Below the pieces are notes generated by a model. The model made no database searches, had not been told where the DNA came from, and saw only the letters and a list, made by a program, of their open reading frames with translations. From a virus (lineage: Duplodnaviria; Caudoviricetes), in the IMG/VR virus record IMGVR_UViG_3300043177_000198, positions 1 through 30,314 of that record: 30,314 nucleotides of DNA; one strand, 5' to 3'. Each line of letters starts with the position of its first letter. The first letter of the stretch is position 1. Shown in pieces: positions 9,001-15,803 of the stretch. The position numbers and the translations under genes were made by a program.

Positions 9001-9821
9001 CGCTCGATGGATAGGCCAAAATTCTTGAGGATTACTCCCATGCGGCCTTTACGCACCGCCTGGCTTTCTTCTTGTTCATCGGGCGAAGGCGGCGGCCCTT
9101 CAGCGGCGGTCATCTTTTGCCCAACTTCCATCAGGCCCGCCGTGATTTTCTTGGATTCGGGCGGCAGGTTGGCCTGCGATTCCATGAACGCTCCGGTCAG
9201 GTGGAGCATCTGCCCCAATCCGCGAACGAAACTTCGGATAAACGCCCTGACCGCGATGCCGCCCGCGACGCCGCCAGCGACATCCGCTATTTGAGGAGTC
9301 CATACAAACTCCCGCCACGCCTGCCCCGGCCGTTCGGTGATTTTGTAGCCAGCCTGATCAGCCAGGGCTTCCAATTCGGCATCTGACATTTTGTCCCAAG
9401 CGGGAAGCTTGTCAGTTTCCGCCATGGCCTGGCTTTCATCGGCAAGGTTCTCCTGATATTTAGTCGTATCAATCCCATCTACATACCTGTTAGGATGGTC
9501 GATCCCCTGCGCTTCGGCCCGATATTTGAATTGAGACGGCCAGTGCCATTGGTTATCCTCTGGCGATACGCCCGGCTTCGCCTCTGCCAAAAACGCGAGG
9601 CGGTAATCGTAGAGATGAAGGTCTGGGTCTGGGTCGCTCGCTGTGCCGGTTTTTTGTGCCCAATTCTGATACCAGCTCTGAAAGTCCGGCTCTTTTTCTC
9701 CGAGATGATAGACGACACCACGGGAATCCACCTTCGCCCCCTTGGGATACTTGATCAGGCGGATACCTGCAAGTTTCGCCAACTCTTCATCGGGCAGCCT
9801 GGACAGGTCTTGTTCGTTCAA
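3084..9821 (-). CDS. Giant internal virion / DNA-ejection protein (2245 aa), polyvalent-type with zincin HExxH domain
   Basis: Last and largest gene of the virion block before lysis (the T7 gp16 / P22 gp16 position); Gly/Ala-rich hydrophobic N-terminal region, Pro-rich linkers, TFAHEVGHAFD...VELFA motif. Confidence 0.75.
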   Translation of the reverse strand: MNEQDLSRLPDEELAKLAGIRLIKYPKGAKVDSRGVVYHLGEKEPDFQSWYQNWAQKTGTASDPDPDLHLYDYRLAFLAEAKPGVSPEDNQWHWPSQFKYRAEAQGIDHPNRYVDGIDTTKYQENLADESQAMAETDKLPAWDKMSDAELEALADQAGYKITERPGQAWREFVWTPQIADVAGGVAGGIAVRAFIRSFVRGLGQMLHLTGAFMESQANLPPESKKITAGLMEVGQKMTAAEGPPPSPDEQEESQAVRKGRMGVILKNFGLSIERATTPELQPEWQGLKSIFDPVYMLESGGEQLGLQAPSLISSGLAAGLATAAHLPPALTSLVVGVINRMQESAMEGGDAYESAIQKGKSPQEAAVIADKVFKNNMILTASDFAQTLVALLSAGKISKEQSNAIVKLLKFAGVGLAVGAWEAGEEGLQAAIQQSARGDKVAFDREMQEGMFWGLSMGGLFSGFTQAGAVFGERLRQAREEYLKDLRAKKEEPAMNLPPEAPPIAVPSPEPTAQVGIATASVQDPQIPTAPDIDLSDALNDDDFKARADDAANSFRGVPQEHANTVLIKAPNALGLAAAARSAVSGLFKTLKRDPFGLLSRNISAMGSYVFSEDRAWFTDGQLYVRGTPPKWARAAAHSIPPTPTAIAAVSSMKGVPTTPVYYLNMQPNFYIVSKNALPAFRPDSPRARKVVAPNVVVFRTIHDGKVYFTSYEQFRTQGIKRMFPDASFSVDITNSRQPALLATVNGELKAVLLPYRTARGAPAVYSPAPLDALVRLAGIEPETDSTEVYTLPPTEPKGEKAKKSAPPVPEPLPTPTPPTEVVPPSPMPAPAVEPAPAAEPATASPPEPGLPPSTGAPPEPSITHAPPEPTTAAVSTDIGATLQNLKILLPQYVGSKMPALPIGPMLEILKRMQTTNFKNAVLSDRLNQLYTALRFGNEIYSLLDALPNTPAEVMEQIRFSMQQVFSNLQSLFKEERSPVGLLNQLTINQVKELTTRIGLKFTSLVQNFQKGKREAFAADLERLRNVFDSTVEWLGDAKQPLIDLNNLVIDSILDKFNKEAKPEETSITDEKKRGTKRTPREEADFEMMMSSRNHPTPPTIGAMEVADFYNLDWDRLDDTERAVIIEYVEEGQVLLPDEFLRRITLDRYKQEQAGKGGVVWKTGKKFGDIIAGGLETTARLAIDPSKIQHYLIDFARALGCSDFTIDAKMSANGAFIYNLLGGGGKIALGAINSVATFAHEVGHAFDILLIGKGKTLNTLCERAGLEYSKEYEAGFLAELKEITGFFREITPELAQTQPDYVRNYRWTPVELFAMWFATNALHPEAAEQLAPNFTEAMRNRFPQLKEVAQNLRIDEADLNPQPDHKFFDPFIEAAAKITHTFPLPGKIGKVGRRMWGTKIRRAISATMLLPQWSGLFTKNPAGRKIFRAVQDNLIYFYNGTLAAALESIYLPELHSLPRDSKARIANALDHGNRQEVQKYLSSDELRLNFGLKPNEVEIYQRIITAINNSKERIRERLKLQSDYYHSDEATKAEIDARINEALEKLGGYFPIERHGPWIVWATKEETSPGEVELIDPRPGLGVTRESFYSAFENVTEANRVAELMRKFGYKDAQVYRRENLPPGFWDRFHKMSTWDLENLVEQAGANRNDPNVQMMLKVLKTRSPLDKHFIQRRWVPGYKVDFDDMMFSLESFIESTTRRLAAARARYEAKPWIARISPKTNPEQSVYYNHFIENAIYGSSTDFVHIRQGISLATLALSTTFALQQILQNVFTLWPYIGNRVGKQKMDLVFTRSMLAAFKYLAARIKGQPAAINPTLSMLLDKAITEHVVSGQYMQSLLGPGRDRARNILDALHFIAIGTEFWNRLHAACAGYILATEYDGETSPLDIYESMKDAVESASYVYGKTNMPELVAQAGSVRGFVKVAYLFKATHLNYLHEFAYMMAKGTPKAKMRMLTGRAIFLGAKRVLPFGIILWPVVRAVGRALFKKDPEQELLKARASENPMVEALAQYLSYGIGGWARLDLSDMLDLGTIISPGFDPFGQLVGPAYSMGERLNTAQKLIRQRRFAEAFAQIPFRMLSTYLTAELWRKEGKEVQKDLYMKFTDAEIRGKRLGFTPARLKEQYEVREMQRRIESKYKDIQQRAYAGLRAKMGTTEGRQMLVSAAHGDIAALYKALGENLVQRIARHNAEVHEALTVAYMTSSSPIPESVAMRNYKQYTISPADTLRWVQEEIKGKVRFETLPAK

Positions 9822-9830
9822 TTGCGCACC

Positions 9831-10829
9831 CTACTTTAATTTGTAGCCGCGCCTCTTGAGTTCCTCCGCGGCCCGCGCTGCGGCGGTTTGCTGCTCAGCA
9901 GTAGTGCTGACTGTCTTTGCACCAGCCGCCGGCACCGGCGTCAAGGACGACATCAGGCTCGCGGTTATTTGCGGAACCGTTTCGAGATAGCCGCGGGGCA
10001 ACTCGTTCCGCTTGACGGATGCCGCCGTAGCGTTGTAGTAGTTGGTAGCAAACGACCGCAAGAGTTCGGCGTAGGCCTCGCCCTGCACATTGGTCTTGGT
10101 CATGCTGGCGATTTCCTCGGGCTTTTTCTGCCAGATAAACATATTCGACAGGGCGTCCAAATTGCCGCTCGCCTGAGGATACTTGATTTTGATGGCGTCA
10201 ACTGCGCGCCGCCATGCAAATTCCTTGTTGCCGGAATCTATCTCGTTGAACTGCTCAGCGGCGGATTTGCCGCCGCCGGCTCCCGCGCCTGGGGCCGGTG
10301 CTCCTCTGGCTATGATATTGCCGAGATTTGACGCATAGCTCCAGCCGGTGGAACTTGAAGGATCTCGCACGATATTCCCTGTGATGGTTTCCTCGGGTTT
10401 GCTGAATGCCGCCAGCACCGATTCCGGCGGCGCCCCAGCCTCGAGCCCAACGGCCAATAGAGGATTTTGTTCGGCCAGCATGCCTGACATCTGCTGCAGG
10501 CCGGCCCCGCGCCGCATTAGTTGACCGAGGCCCAATTCCTTGGCCGCCATTTCGGCAGGAAAGGCCTCTGCCTCGCGGGCACCCCGGGCCTTTTCTAACT
10601 CCAAAAGCTCGAGGATACGCTGCCGTTCCAACTCGGCCTGCTTTTGATTGTAGATTTGATTCAAGCCGCCGGCATAGGCTACGCCAAGGCCGGAAATCCC
10701 CTGCGTTAGTGCGTCACCGATATTCTTCCCTCGGGTTGCGGCAAGACCGGCCGCAATAAGGCTACCGTAAAGTAGACCTTTGCGCTCATCCTCGGAAATA
10801 AAGTCTTTTGCGGATTTTACATCTATCAT
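9831..10829 (-). CDS. Putative ejection (internal virion) protein, 332 aa
   Basis: SD GGAGGT; Gly/Ala-rich amphipathic N-terminus followed by a coiled coil; lies between small ejection-like genes and the giant protein. Confidence 0.6.
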   Translation of the reverse strand: MIDVKSAKDFISEDERKGLLYGSLIAAGLAATRGKNIGDALTQGISGLGVAYAGGLNQIYNQKQAELERQRILELLELEKARGAREAEAFPAEMAAKELGLGQLMRRGAGLQQMSGMLAEQNPLLAVGLEAGAPPESVLAAFSKPEETITGNIVRDPSSSTGWSYASNLGNIIARGAPAPGAGAGGGKSAAEQFNEIDSGNKEFAWRRAVDAIKIKYPQASGNLDALSNMFIWQKKPEEIASMTKTNVQGEAYAELLRSFATNYYNATAASVKRNELPRGYLETVPQITASLMSSLTPVPAAGAKTVSTTAEQQTAAARAAEELKRRGYKLK

Positions 10830-11200
10830 TTTCCACCTCCGAGTAGCGACCTGAACGATGCCCGCTGGCCGAAGGGGAACTGTGTCTGCACGGGGTATTT
10901 CTGGCCGAGCGAGACCGCCGGCGCAAATCCCTTGGGTTCCTGGAATAGCCCAGCTACAGAAGCCAGGGCCGCGGCGGCACCAACCAACATATCCTCATAA
11001 TTGGTCTTTTTCTTTCCGCCCTTGCCCCCGCCAAGCAGGCTGGCGGTTTTTTGCTCGGCCAAGCTGAACTCATTAGGGCCTGGCTTCGGCGCGAGGCTGA
11101 AGCCCGACGCCATTTGCTTCGTCCTGGCCTGTTCCAGGATCATCTGAATTATTTGCCGCAAATCAGGCTGTAAGGGAAGTTTTGGCTGTGCTGACATCAT
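10826..11200 (-). CDS. Small putative ejection/pilot-associated protein, 124 aa
   Basis: SD AGGAGG; ATGA overlaps with both neighbours; Gly/Ala/Gln-rich with a hydrophobic stretch. Confidence 0.55.
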   Translation of the reverse strand: MMSAQPKLPLQPDLRQIIQMILEQARTKQMASGFSLAPKPGPNEFSLAEQKTASLLGGGKGGKKKTNYEDMLVGAAAALASVAGLFQEPKGFAPAVSLGQKYPVQTQFPFGQRASFRSLLGGGK

Positions 11201-11421
11201 TTTCCCCTCCTTGCACCGGTTGAGGTTTTATAGGCCTCCATTAAATTGGAACCCAAAAGAGACTGGGCATAGGGGTTCGACAAGACGATCTCCCGCCGCT
11301 CGCGTTGGCCGCCGCCATACGCGGGCGCGAATTCTTTTTTGCCGGAAAGGTTTTTGGCGGTCGTGCTGGCAGACGCGCCTATTTCGGCGATGGTGGCGAT
11401 TGTTGGTAATGCGCTTCCCAT
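11197..11421 (-). CDS. Small putative ejection/pilot-associated protein, 74 aa
   Basis: SD TAAGGAGG; fills the gap exactly; Ala/Gly/Ser/Thr-rich N-terminus. Confidence 0.55.
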   Translation of the reverse strand: MGSALPTIATIAEIGASASTTAKNLSGKKEFAPAYGGGQRERREIVLSNPYAQSLLGSNLMEAYKTSTGARRGK

Positions 11422-11431
11422 GACACCCTCC

Positions 11432-12115
11432 TTACTTTCCGCGCGCGACCGCTGTGCTTACTCCGCCGTAGTCGCCCGATACCAGGTTGACGAAGTTCGC
11501 CAAGCGCTGCCACGGCTCCATCTGCCCGAACTCCCATCTGTTAATCGCCTCGTCTATCTTGGCCTGTTCCATCGCCTGTTCTTCCGAACCGACGGCGCCT
11601 AAGCGGAGAAGGTCAGCCACGTCCATTTCGGCTATGCTGGGCGCCATCTGAAGCGCTCCGGTTTGCCGGTTGCGTTCGGCCTCATAAGCCTGGCCGTAGA
11701 TATTCGACGCCACCTCTCCTGCGGCCCGGCCCCTCATCTGGCCCCAGGCGCCGCTGCCGTATCTGCCGGCCGCGACCGCCGCCGTGTCCATAGCCGGCAG
11801 GACGTCTTCCAAGCCTTTCTGAACATAGGCCGAAAGATAAGGGTTGGATTCGGGAGAAAGATAGCCGCCGCTCAAGGTCTTGGCAAGCTCGCCCTGGGCC
11901 GCCGCCGTAACCGGCGACCCGCTGAGAGATCGTGCCTTCAGCAAACCCTGCGCCTGAAGTTGCGTCGGAGTAAAACCCGCGATTGTTTCTCCAGGATAAT
12001 ATTGCAGCGGCTGCCCATAGAGCCGCTTGCTTTCTGACGCCCCAAACGAAAGATAGGGCATCTGCCACTCAGCGGGCTTTGTCGTTGTGGTTGATGTCTG
12101 CGTTGATTTAGCCAT
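11432..12115 (-). CDS. Putative DNA pilot / ejection protein, 227 aa
   Basis: N-terminal STQTSTTTTKPAEWQMPYL, NPYL and AGRYGSG motifs and Gln/Ala/Gly richness are typical of podophage ejected proteins; follows a GNAT-like gene. Confidence 0.68.
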   Translation of the reverse strand: MAKSTQTSTTTTKPAEWQMPYLSFGASESKRLYGQPLQYYPGETIAGFTPTQLQAQGLLKARSLSGSPVTAAAQGELAKTLSGGYLSPESNPYLSAYVQKGLEDVLPAMDTAAVAAGRYGSGAWGQMRGRAAGEVASNIYGQAYEAERNRQTGALQMAPSIAEMDVADLLRLGAVGSEEQAMEQAKIDEAINRWEFGQMEPWQRLANFVNLVSGDYGGVSTAVARGK

Positions 12116-12554
12116 CTTTTACCTCCCTGATAAACTCTTGATATCCCCTCTTGAATCCAAGCGGGCCGAGCTTACGTTCAAACGCCTCGTCCCGCTGGGT
12201 ATAAAACCTGACGGTCTTGCATTTCATAAACTTGGCATATTTGTCCAACATCTCCAGGCCTTCGCGGAACATGTCCACGTTCGCCCCCTTACTGAACATA
12301 TGCACGATCCACAGACTCCTCTCGCCGAACGGAACTTCCTCGATCTTGGTGGTAAAGAAACCGCCGTATTGCCCGCCGACGAACCAAATCCAGAGCAGCG
12401 CCTCGCCAGCCATAAGCTCGTTGAAAATCTTCTCAAGGTTGGCGTCCTGATAGGTGTGAATCAAGACTTTCTCCATTCCCTCGCGGATGAGCTTCCAATT
12501 CCTGACAATAGCCTTGGTGTTGTAAATCGGCAAAATCTGAAAATTGTCCATCAT
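12108..12554 (-). CDS. GNAT-fold protein, T7 gp13 / internal virion protein A-like position
   Basis: SD GGAGGAG before ATG 12554; LWIW...LWIVHMF...AKFMKCKTVRFYTQR..FERKLGPLGFK is a GNAT-like pattern; sits just before the ejection genes. Confidence 0.65.
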   Translation of the reverse strand: MMDNFQILPIYNTKAIVRNWKLIREGMEKVLIHTYQDANLEKIFNELMAGEALLWIWFVGGQYGGFFTTKIEEVPFGERSLWIVHMFSKGANVDMFREGLEMLDKYAKFMKCKTVRFYTQRDEAFERKLGPLGFKRGYQEFIREVKDG

Positions 12555-12570
12555 CAACTCCTCCAAGAGT

Positions 12571-12840
12571 TTACTTCGCCTCGATGCGCTTTTCAAGTTT
12601 GTCCACGCTTTCCCTCAAGTCCTCGATGGCTACTTTGATTCCGGCCACATCTTGCGGAAGGGGACGCAGTGAAAGAATGCACTCTTCTATCCTGGCGACC
12701 CGTTCGTTGATGTTGTTGGCCGCGTGGGTTACCCTGGACTTGCTCAATTCGCTTAACGCGATATAAGCGACCAAGCTCAACAGCGCAATGATGTTGATGA
12801 TCATCCTCATTGTCCCGTTTTTGGGCATGCCGTCCATCAT
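12571..12840 (-). CDS. Small single-TM plus coiled-coil protein (89 aa)
   Basis: SD AGGAGGT; TM segment MIINIIALLSLVAYIAL followed by heptad-like C-terminus. Confidence 0.65.
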   Translation of the reverse strand: MMDGMPKNGTMRMIINIIALLSLVAYIALSELSKSRVTHAANNINERVARIEECILSLRPLPQDVAGIKVAIEDLRESVDKLEKRIEAK

Positions 12841-12851
12841 CTATACACCTC

Positions 12852-15791
12852 CTATGTTAATCTAAACCACATGGCAAATTGCGGGCCTGATGTCATGGTA
12901 GTTGGCGTTCCGGAAGGAAAAGTCGAAGGCAGGTCTGTATAAGAAAAACTTACATAAAATCCAAGCGTAGGCTGCGTCGCCGACGGCGTAGTATAGCCCA
13001 ACTGTAGACCCGTTAGGCAGGTGTTTGCGGTGAAGCACCTTAAGCTTGGCGTGCCGCTGGACACTATGACCAAATAATAGAGTTTGCCGCCCTCGAGGTC
13101 AATGTCTACCGTTGCGCTTTTGGCTCCCGTGGTAGATACGTCAAACTCCTCATCCCACAGCAACGAATTGGGGTAATGATAAGCGTCGGCTTCATAGATG
13201 CCCAATCTTACATACTCTCCGATGGCGGCACCGTAAACATAAATTGCAAGCCTATCAATATTTATCGCCCTGGGGCAAGGAAGCGGATATGCGTATAAAA
13301 TATTCGCAGTTATCGAAGCGTTGGTGAGGGTAGAGGTTGCGGTTGTCGGTATCGTGTGCCAAGCCTCAAAATGACTCGTGCCGCGGAGCTTAAACGCGAG
13401 GATATCATATGCCGGCTCTCCCGTCCCCAGATAATTGGTCAGCTCCTGCCACGCGCTTCCGTTATACACATAGAAATAACCGTCATTAGAGTTGAAAACC
13501 AACATGCCTAATGCGGGCGGAACAAAGAAATACCCGTCAACTTCGTCATCATCGCAGATGGCCAGATAGTCTTCGTAGCCCGTCCATTCATATTGGGCCG
13601 TAGCGGTTACGATATACATATCACCATTGATGGGCAAAGCGGGCGGAGAGTTTTGCATCGCGACAATTGTTGGTAACATCCCGCCGCGTTCAATCGGGTA
13701 AAAGTGCCTAATACTATCTGGCGGCGATGCACTATAGTCTTCAGCAACCCAGGCATTCCTGCTTTCCTTATAGCTCGGGATTTCATAACCGGCAAAAGCG
13801 CTATCACTGCCTGTGGTTTCATTAGTCCACGGGGCCACCAAACCGCCAACTATCAGATCTGAGGGCGAGACAAATTCAAGCCCGTTGGGAGTGCTATTCA
13901 CACGCACAATATAGCCAGCGCTTCCCGTGTAGTTACTCGGCGTATCTAAAAGGTCGGTGAAATATGTAGAACCGCCGCCCGAGATCGTGGCCCATGCCCC
14001 ATCGCCACGCAAAAATTCAGTCGTGCTCCCAGAAAGCTTGGGCAAAAGCCCATGACGTGATGTCGTGGCGTTAAGGTCAGTATTGTCATCGGGCGTGGCC
14101 AGGTCGTCCAGCTTTACTGCATCGCTACCCCCGCTCTCGTGGCTCGTGTGATGCGCCTTTGGCGTTGGAGTGAATTCCGCCCAGCCTTCGCCGCCGGCGC
14201 CTGCGTTATAATTCCAGAGCAACTTCGCAGTGCCGCTATAGGCGAGGTTATTGAAACACATCAAACCATAAAAGGCATCTGTGAACTTCCATGTCGAGCC
14301 GGTGTATTCGGCAATTTCCCCGCCGTGCCCAAGCCAATCCTCATAATCCGTCATATAGCTAACGATCCAGCGATCGCCAGCTTCCGGTGTTTTGTCGGGT
14401 TGCGTTGCATAATCGCGGACGGGCTTTACCACATAGGGTATAAACCCAGCAGCATCAACAAATTCAAGTCCGCTTGCGTCGGTTTTGACTCGCACCATAT
14501 AGGTGGCTTGCCCCGTGTAACTTCCGGGCACGTCGTCAAGGTCGGTGAAATATGTAGCTCCGCCAACATTGGCAAACTCGAGACCGTTTTCGGTCGAATT
14601 CACTCTCACAACCTTGCCGCTCTGGCCTGAATAAGATACAGGAACATCCGTCAAGTCTATGAAGGGCATTTCGCAGTCTTTGGCAATAAGCGTATCCCAG
14701 GATGTCCCGTTATATTGATACGCCTCGTTCGTGTCAGAGCCAATTACAATATCATATTGCGCGGGCGAGCTGGGGAATCCATTTTGGTCAAGATTCCGCA
14801 CCTCAATAGAGGGGGCGCGGCCATTGTTGGCCACATAATTACCCGTCCCTCCGCTTCCGCCCAATATTACCCATGTTGATGATCCATCATCCCAGCGATA
14901 ATAGCCGGCGCCACTGCCTGGATCCCAATTGGTTCCGTCAGCATAAGCGAGCAAACCGTCAAATTTGATTTCGTCTGGCGGCTCTACCTTACCAGCCTCT
15001 GGCCAGGCGGCGGGTAGCGACCAGCGCAACATCTCGAACAGGTCACGTCTATCTATTGGCTTTGGGTAGCCCTTCGTCGCGTGCAGCCTTGTAATATATA
15101 CCCAATCTGCACCTTCGCCTGAATCCGCAACATCTTTATAAGGAGATGATAGATCTGAGATGAACACGGAATCCACGCCGAATCCGGAGTCGGACACAGG
15201 GTTTTGTATTAATAGGCTAATCAGTTCCGTGCCGGTTCCGCTATCATCGAGGCTGGCCATTGCCACAATAGATACCGCGTCTGAGCCAGCGCCAGCGTCG
15301 GACATCGAGCCTTCTGCCAATATATTTGCGACTTCGTTGGCCGTGGCCGAATCATAAACCGATAAAAAGGCAAGCACCTCAGCAACGATGTCGGCACCCG
15401 TGGCGGCATCAGAAGCAGCAATCGAAGCCAAGATTGATGCTATAATATCGGTTCCGCTACCAGAGTCGGCAAGGCTGACTATATTACTGATTAAAATAGA
15501 GATAGCCTCGGTCGCAGAGCCGGAATCAGAGATCGTTAGAAAGCTTGTTGCTGATGTAGAAACAATCTCGCTCGCACTACCTGCGTCGCTAAGGGACAGC
15601 AGGCACAAAAGAGATGTAAGAGAATCCGAGCCGGACGCGCTGTCGGTGAGTGCAGCTTGAACCGATATGTTGGTAATGGAATCGACGCCAGCTCCGGAGT
15701 CGGACACATTTACGTATGTTCCACCGGTGGGCGAGAGGTTTATGGAAAAACCACCGCCTGGGTCACTTAAGGCGATGTCGGGGAACGCCAT
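12852..15791 (-). CDS. Modular tail fibre / appendage protein (979 aa) with SDSG repeats, FxDLxDxP repeats, two DUF2793-like modules and a C-terminal beta-rich domain
   Basis: About 11 repeats of about 19 aa (xSDSGxGxD); three FxDLxDxPxxYxG...VRV...GLEF units; GDRWIV..W.GH.GEIA and GDMYIV..WTGYEDYLA modules; FLRGDGAW fibre motif. Confidence 0.75.
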   Translation of the reverse strand: MAFPDIALSDPGGGFSINLSPTGGTYVNVSDSGAGVDSITNISVQAALTDSASGSDSLTSLLCLLSLSDAGSASEIVSTSATSFLTISDSGSATEAISILISNIVSLADSGSGTDIIASILASIAASDAATGADIVAEVLAFLSVYDSATANEVANILAEGSMSDAGAGSDAVSIVAMASLDDSGTGTELISLLIQNPVSDSGFGVDSVFISDLSSPYKDVADSGEGADWVYITRLHATKGYPKPIDRRDLFEMLRWSLPAAWPEAGKVEPPDEIKFDGLLAYADGTNWDPGSGAGYYRWDDGSSTWVILGGSGGTGNYVANNGRAPSIEVRNLDQNGFPSSPAQYDIVIGSDTNEAYQYNGTSWDTLIAKDCEMPFIDLTDVPVSYSGQSGKVVRVNSTENGLEFANVGGATYFTDLDDVPGSYTGQATYMVRVKTDASGLEFVDAAGFIPYVVKPVRDYATQPDKTPEAGDRWIVSYMTDYEDWLGHGGEIAEYTGSTWKFTDAFYGLMCFNNLAYSGTAKLLWNYNAGAGGEGWAEFTPTPKAHHTSHESGGSDAVKLDDLATPDDNTDLNATTSRHGLLPKLSGSTTEFLRGDGAWATISGGGSTYFTDLLDTPSNYTGSAGYIVRVNSTPNGLEFVSPSDLIVGGLVAPWTNETTGSDSAFAGYEIPSYKESRNAWVAEDYSASPPDSIRHFYPIERGGMLPTIVAMQNSPPALPINGDMYIVTATAQYEWTGYEDYLAICDDDEVDGYFFVPPALGMLVFNSNDGYFYVYNGSAWQELTNYLGTGEPAYDILAFKLRGTSHFEAWHTIPTTATSTLTNASITANILYAYPLPCPRAINIDRLAIYVYGAAIGEYVRLGIYEADAYHYPNSLLWDEEFDVSTTGAKSATVDIDLEGGKLYYLVIVSSGTPSLRCFTANTCLTGLQLGYTTPSATQPTLGFYVSFSYTDLPSTFPSGTPTTMTSGPQFAMWFRLT

Positions 15792-15803
15792 CTCGCTGCC
15801 CCC

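Noticed and set aside
10826-12115. Shared C-terminal 'GK' on three consecutive ejection-like proteins as a targeting signal
   Set aside because: In two of the three cases it is dictated by the overlapping SD and ATGA of the next gene, so the evidence is too weak.
15100-15710. CRISPR-like or DNA-level tandem array
   Set aside because: The periodicity is at protein level (SDSG repeats) with degenerate codons; there are no identical DNA repeats with unique spacers.
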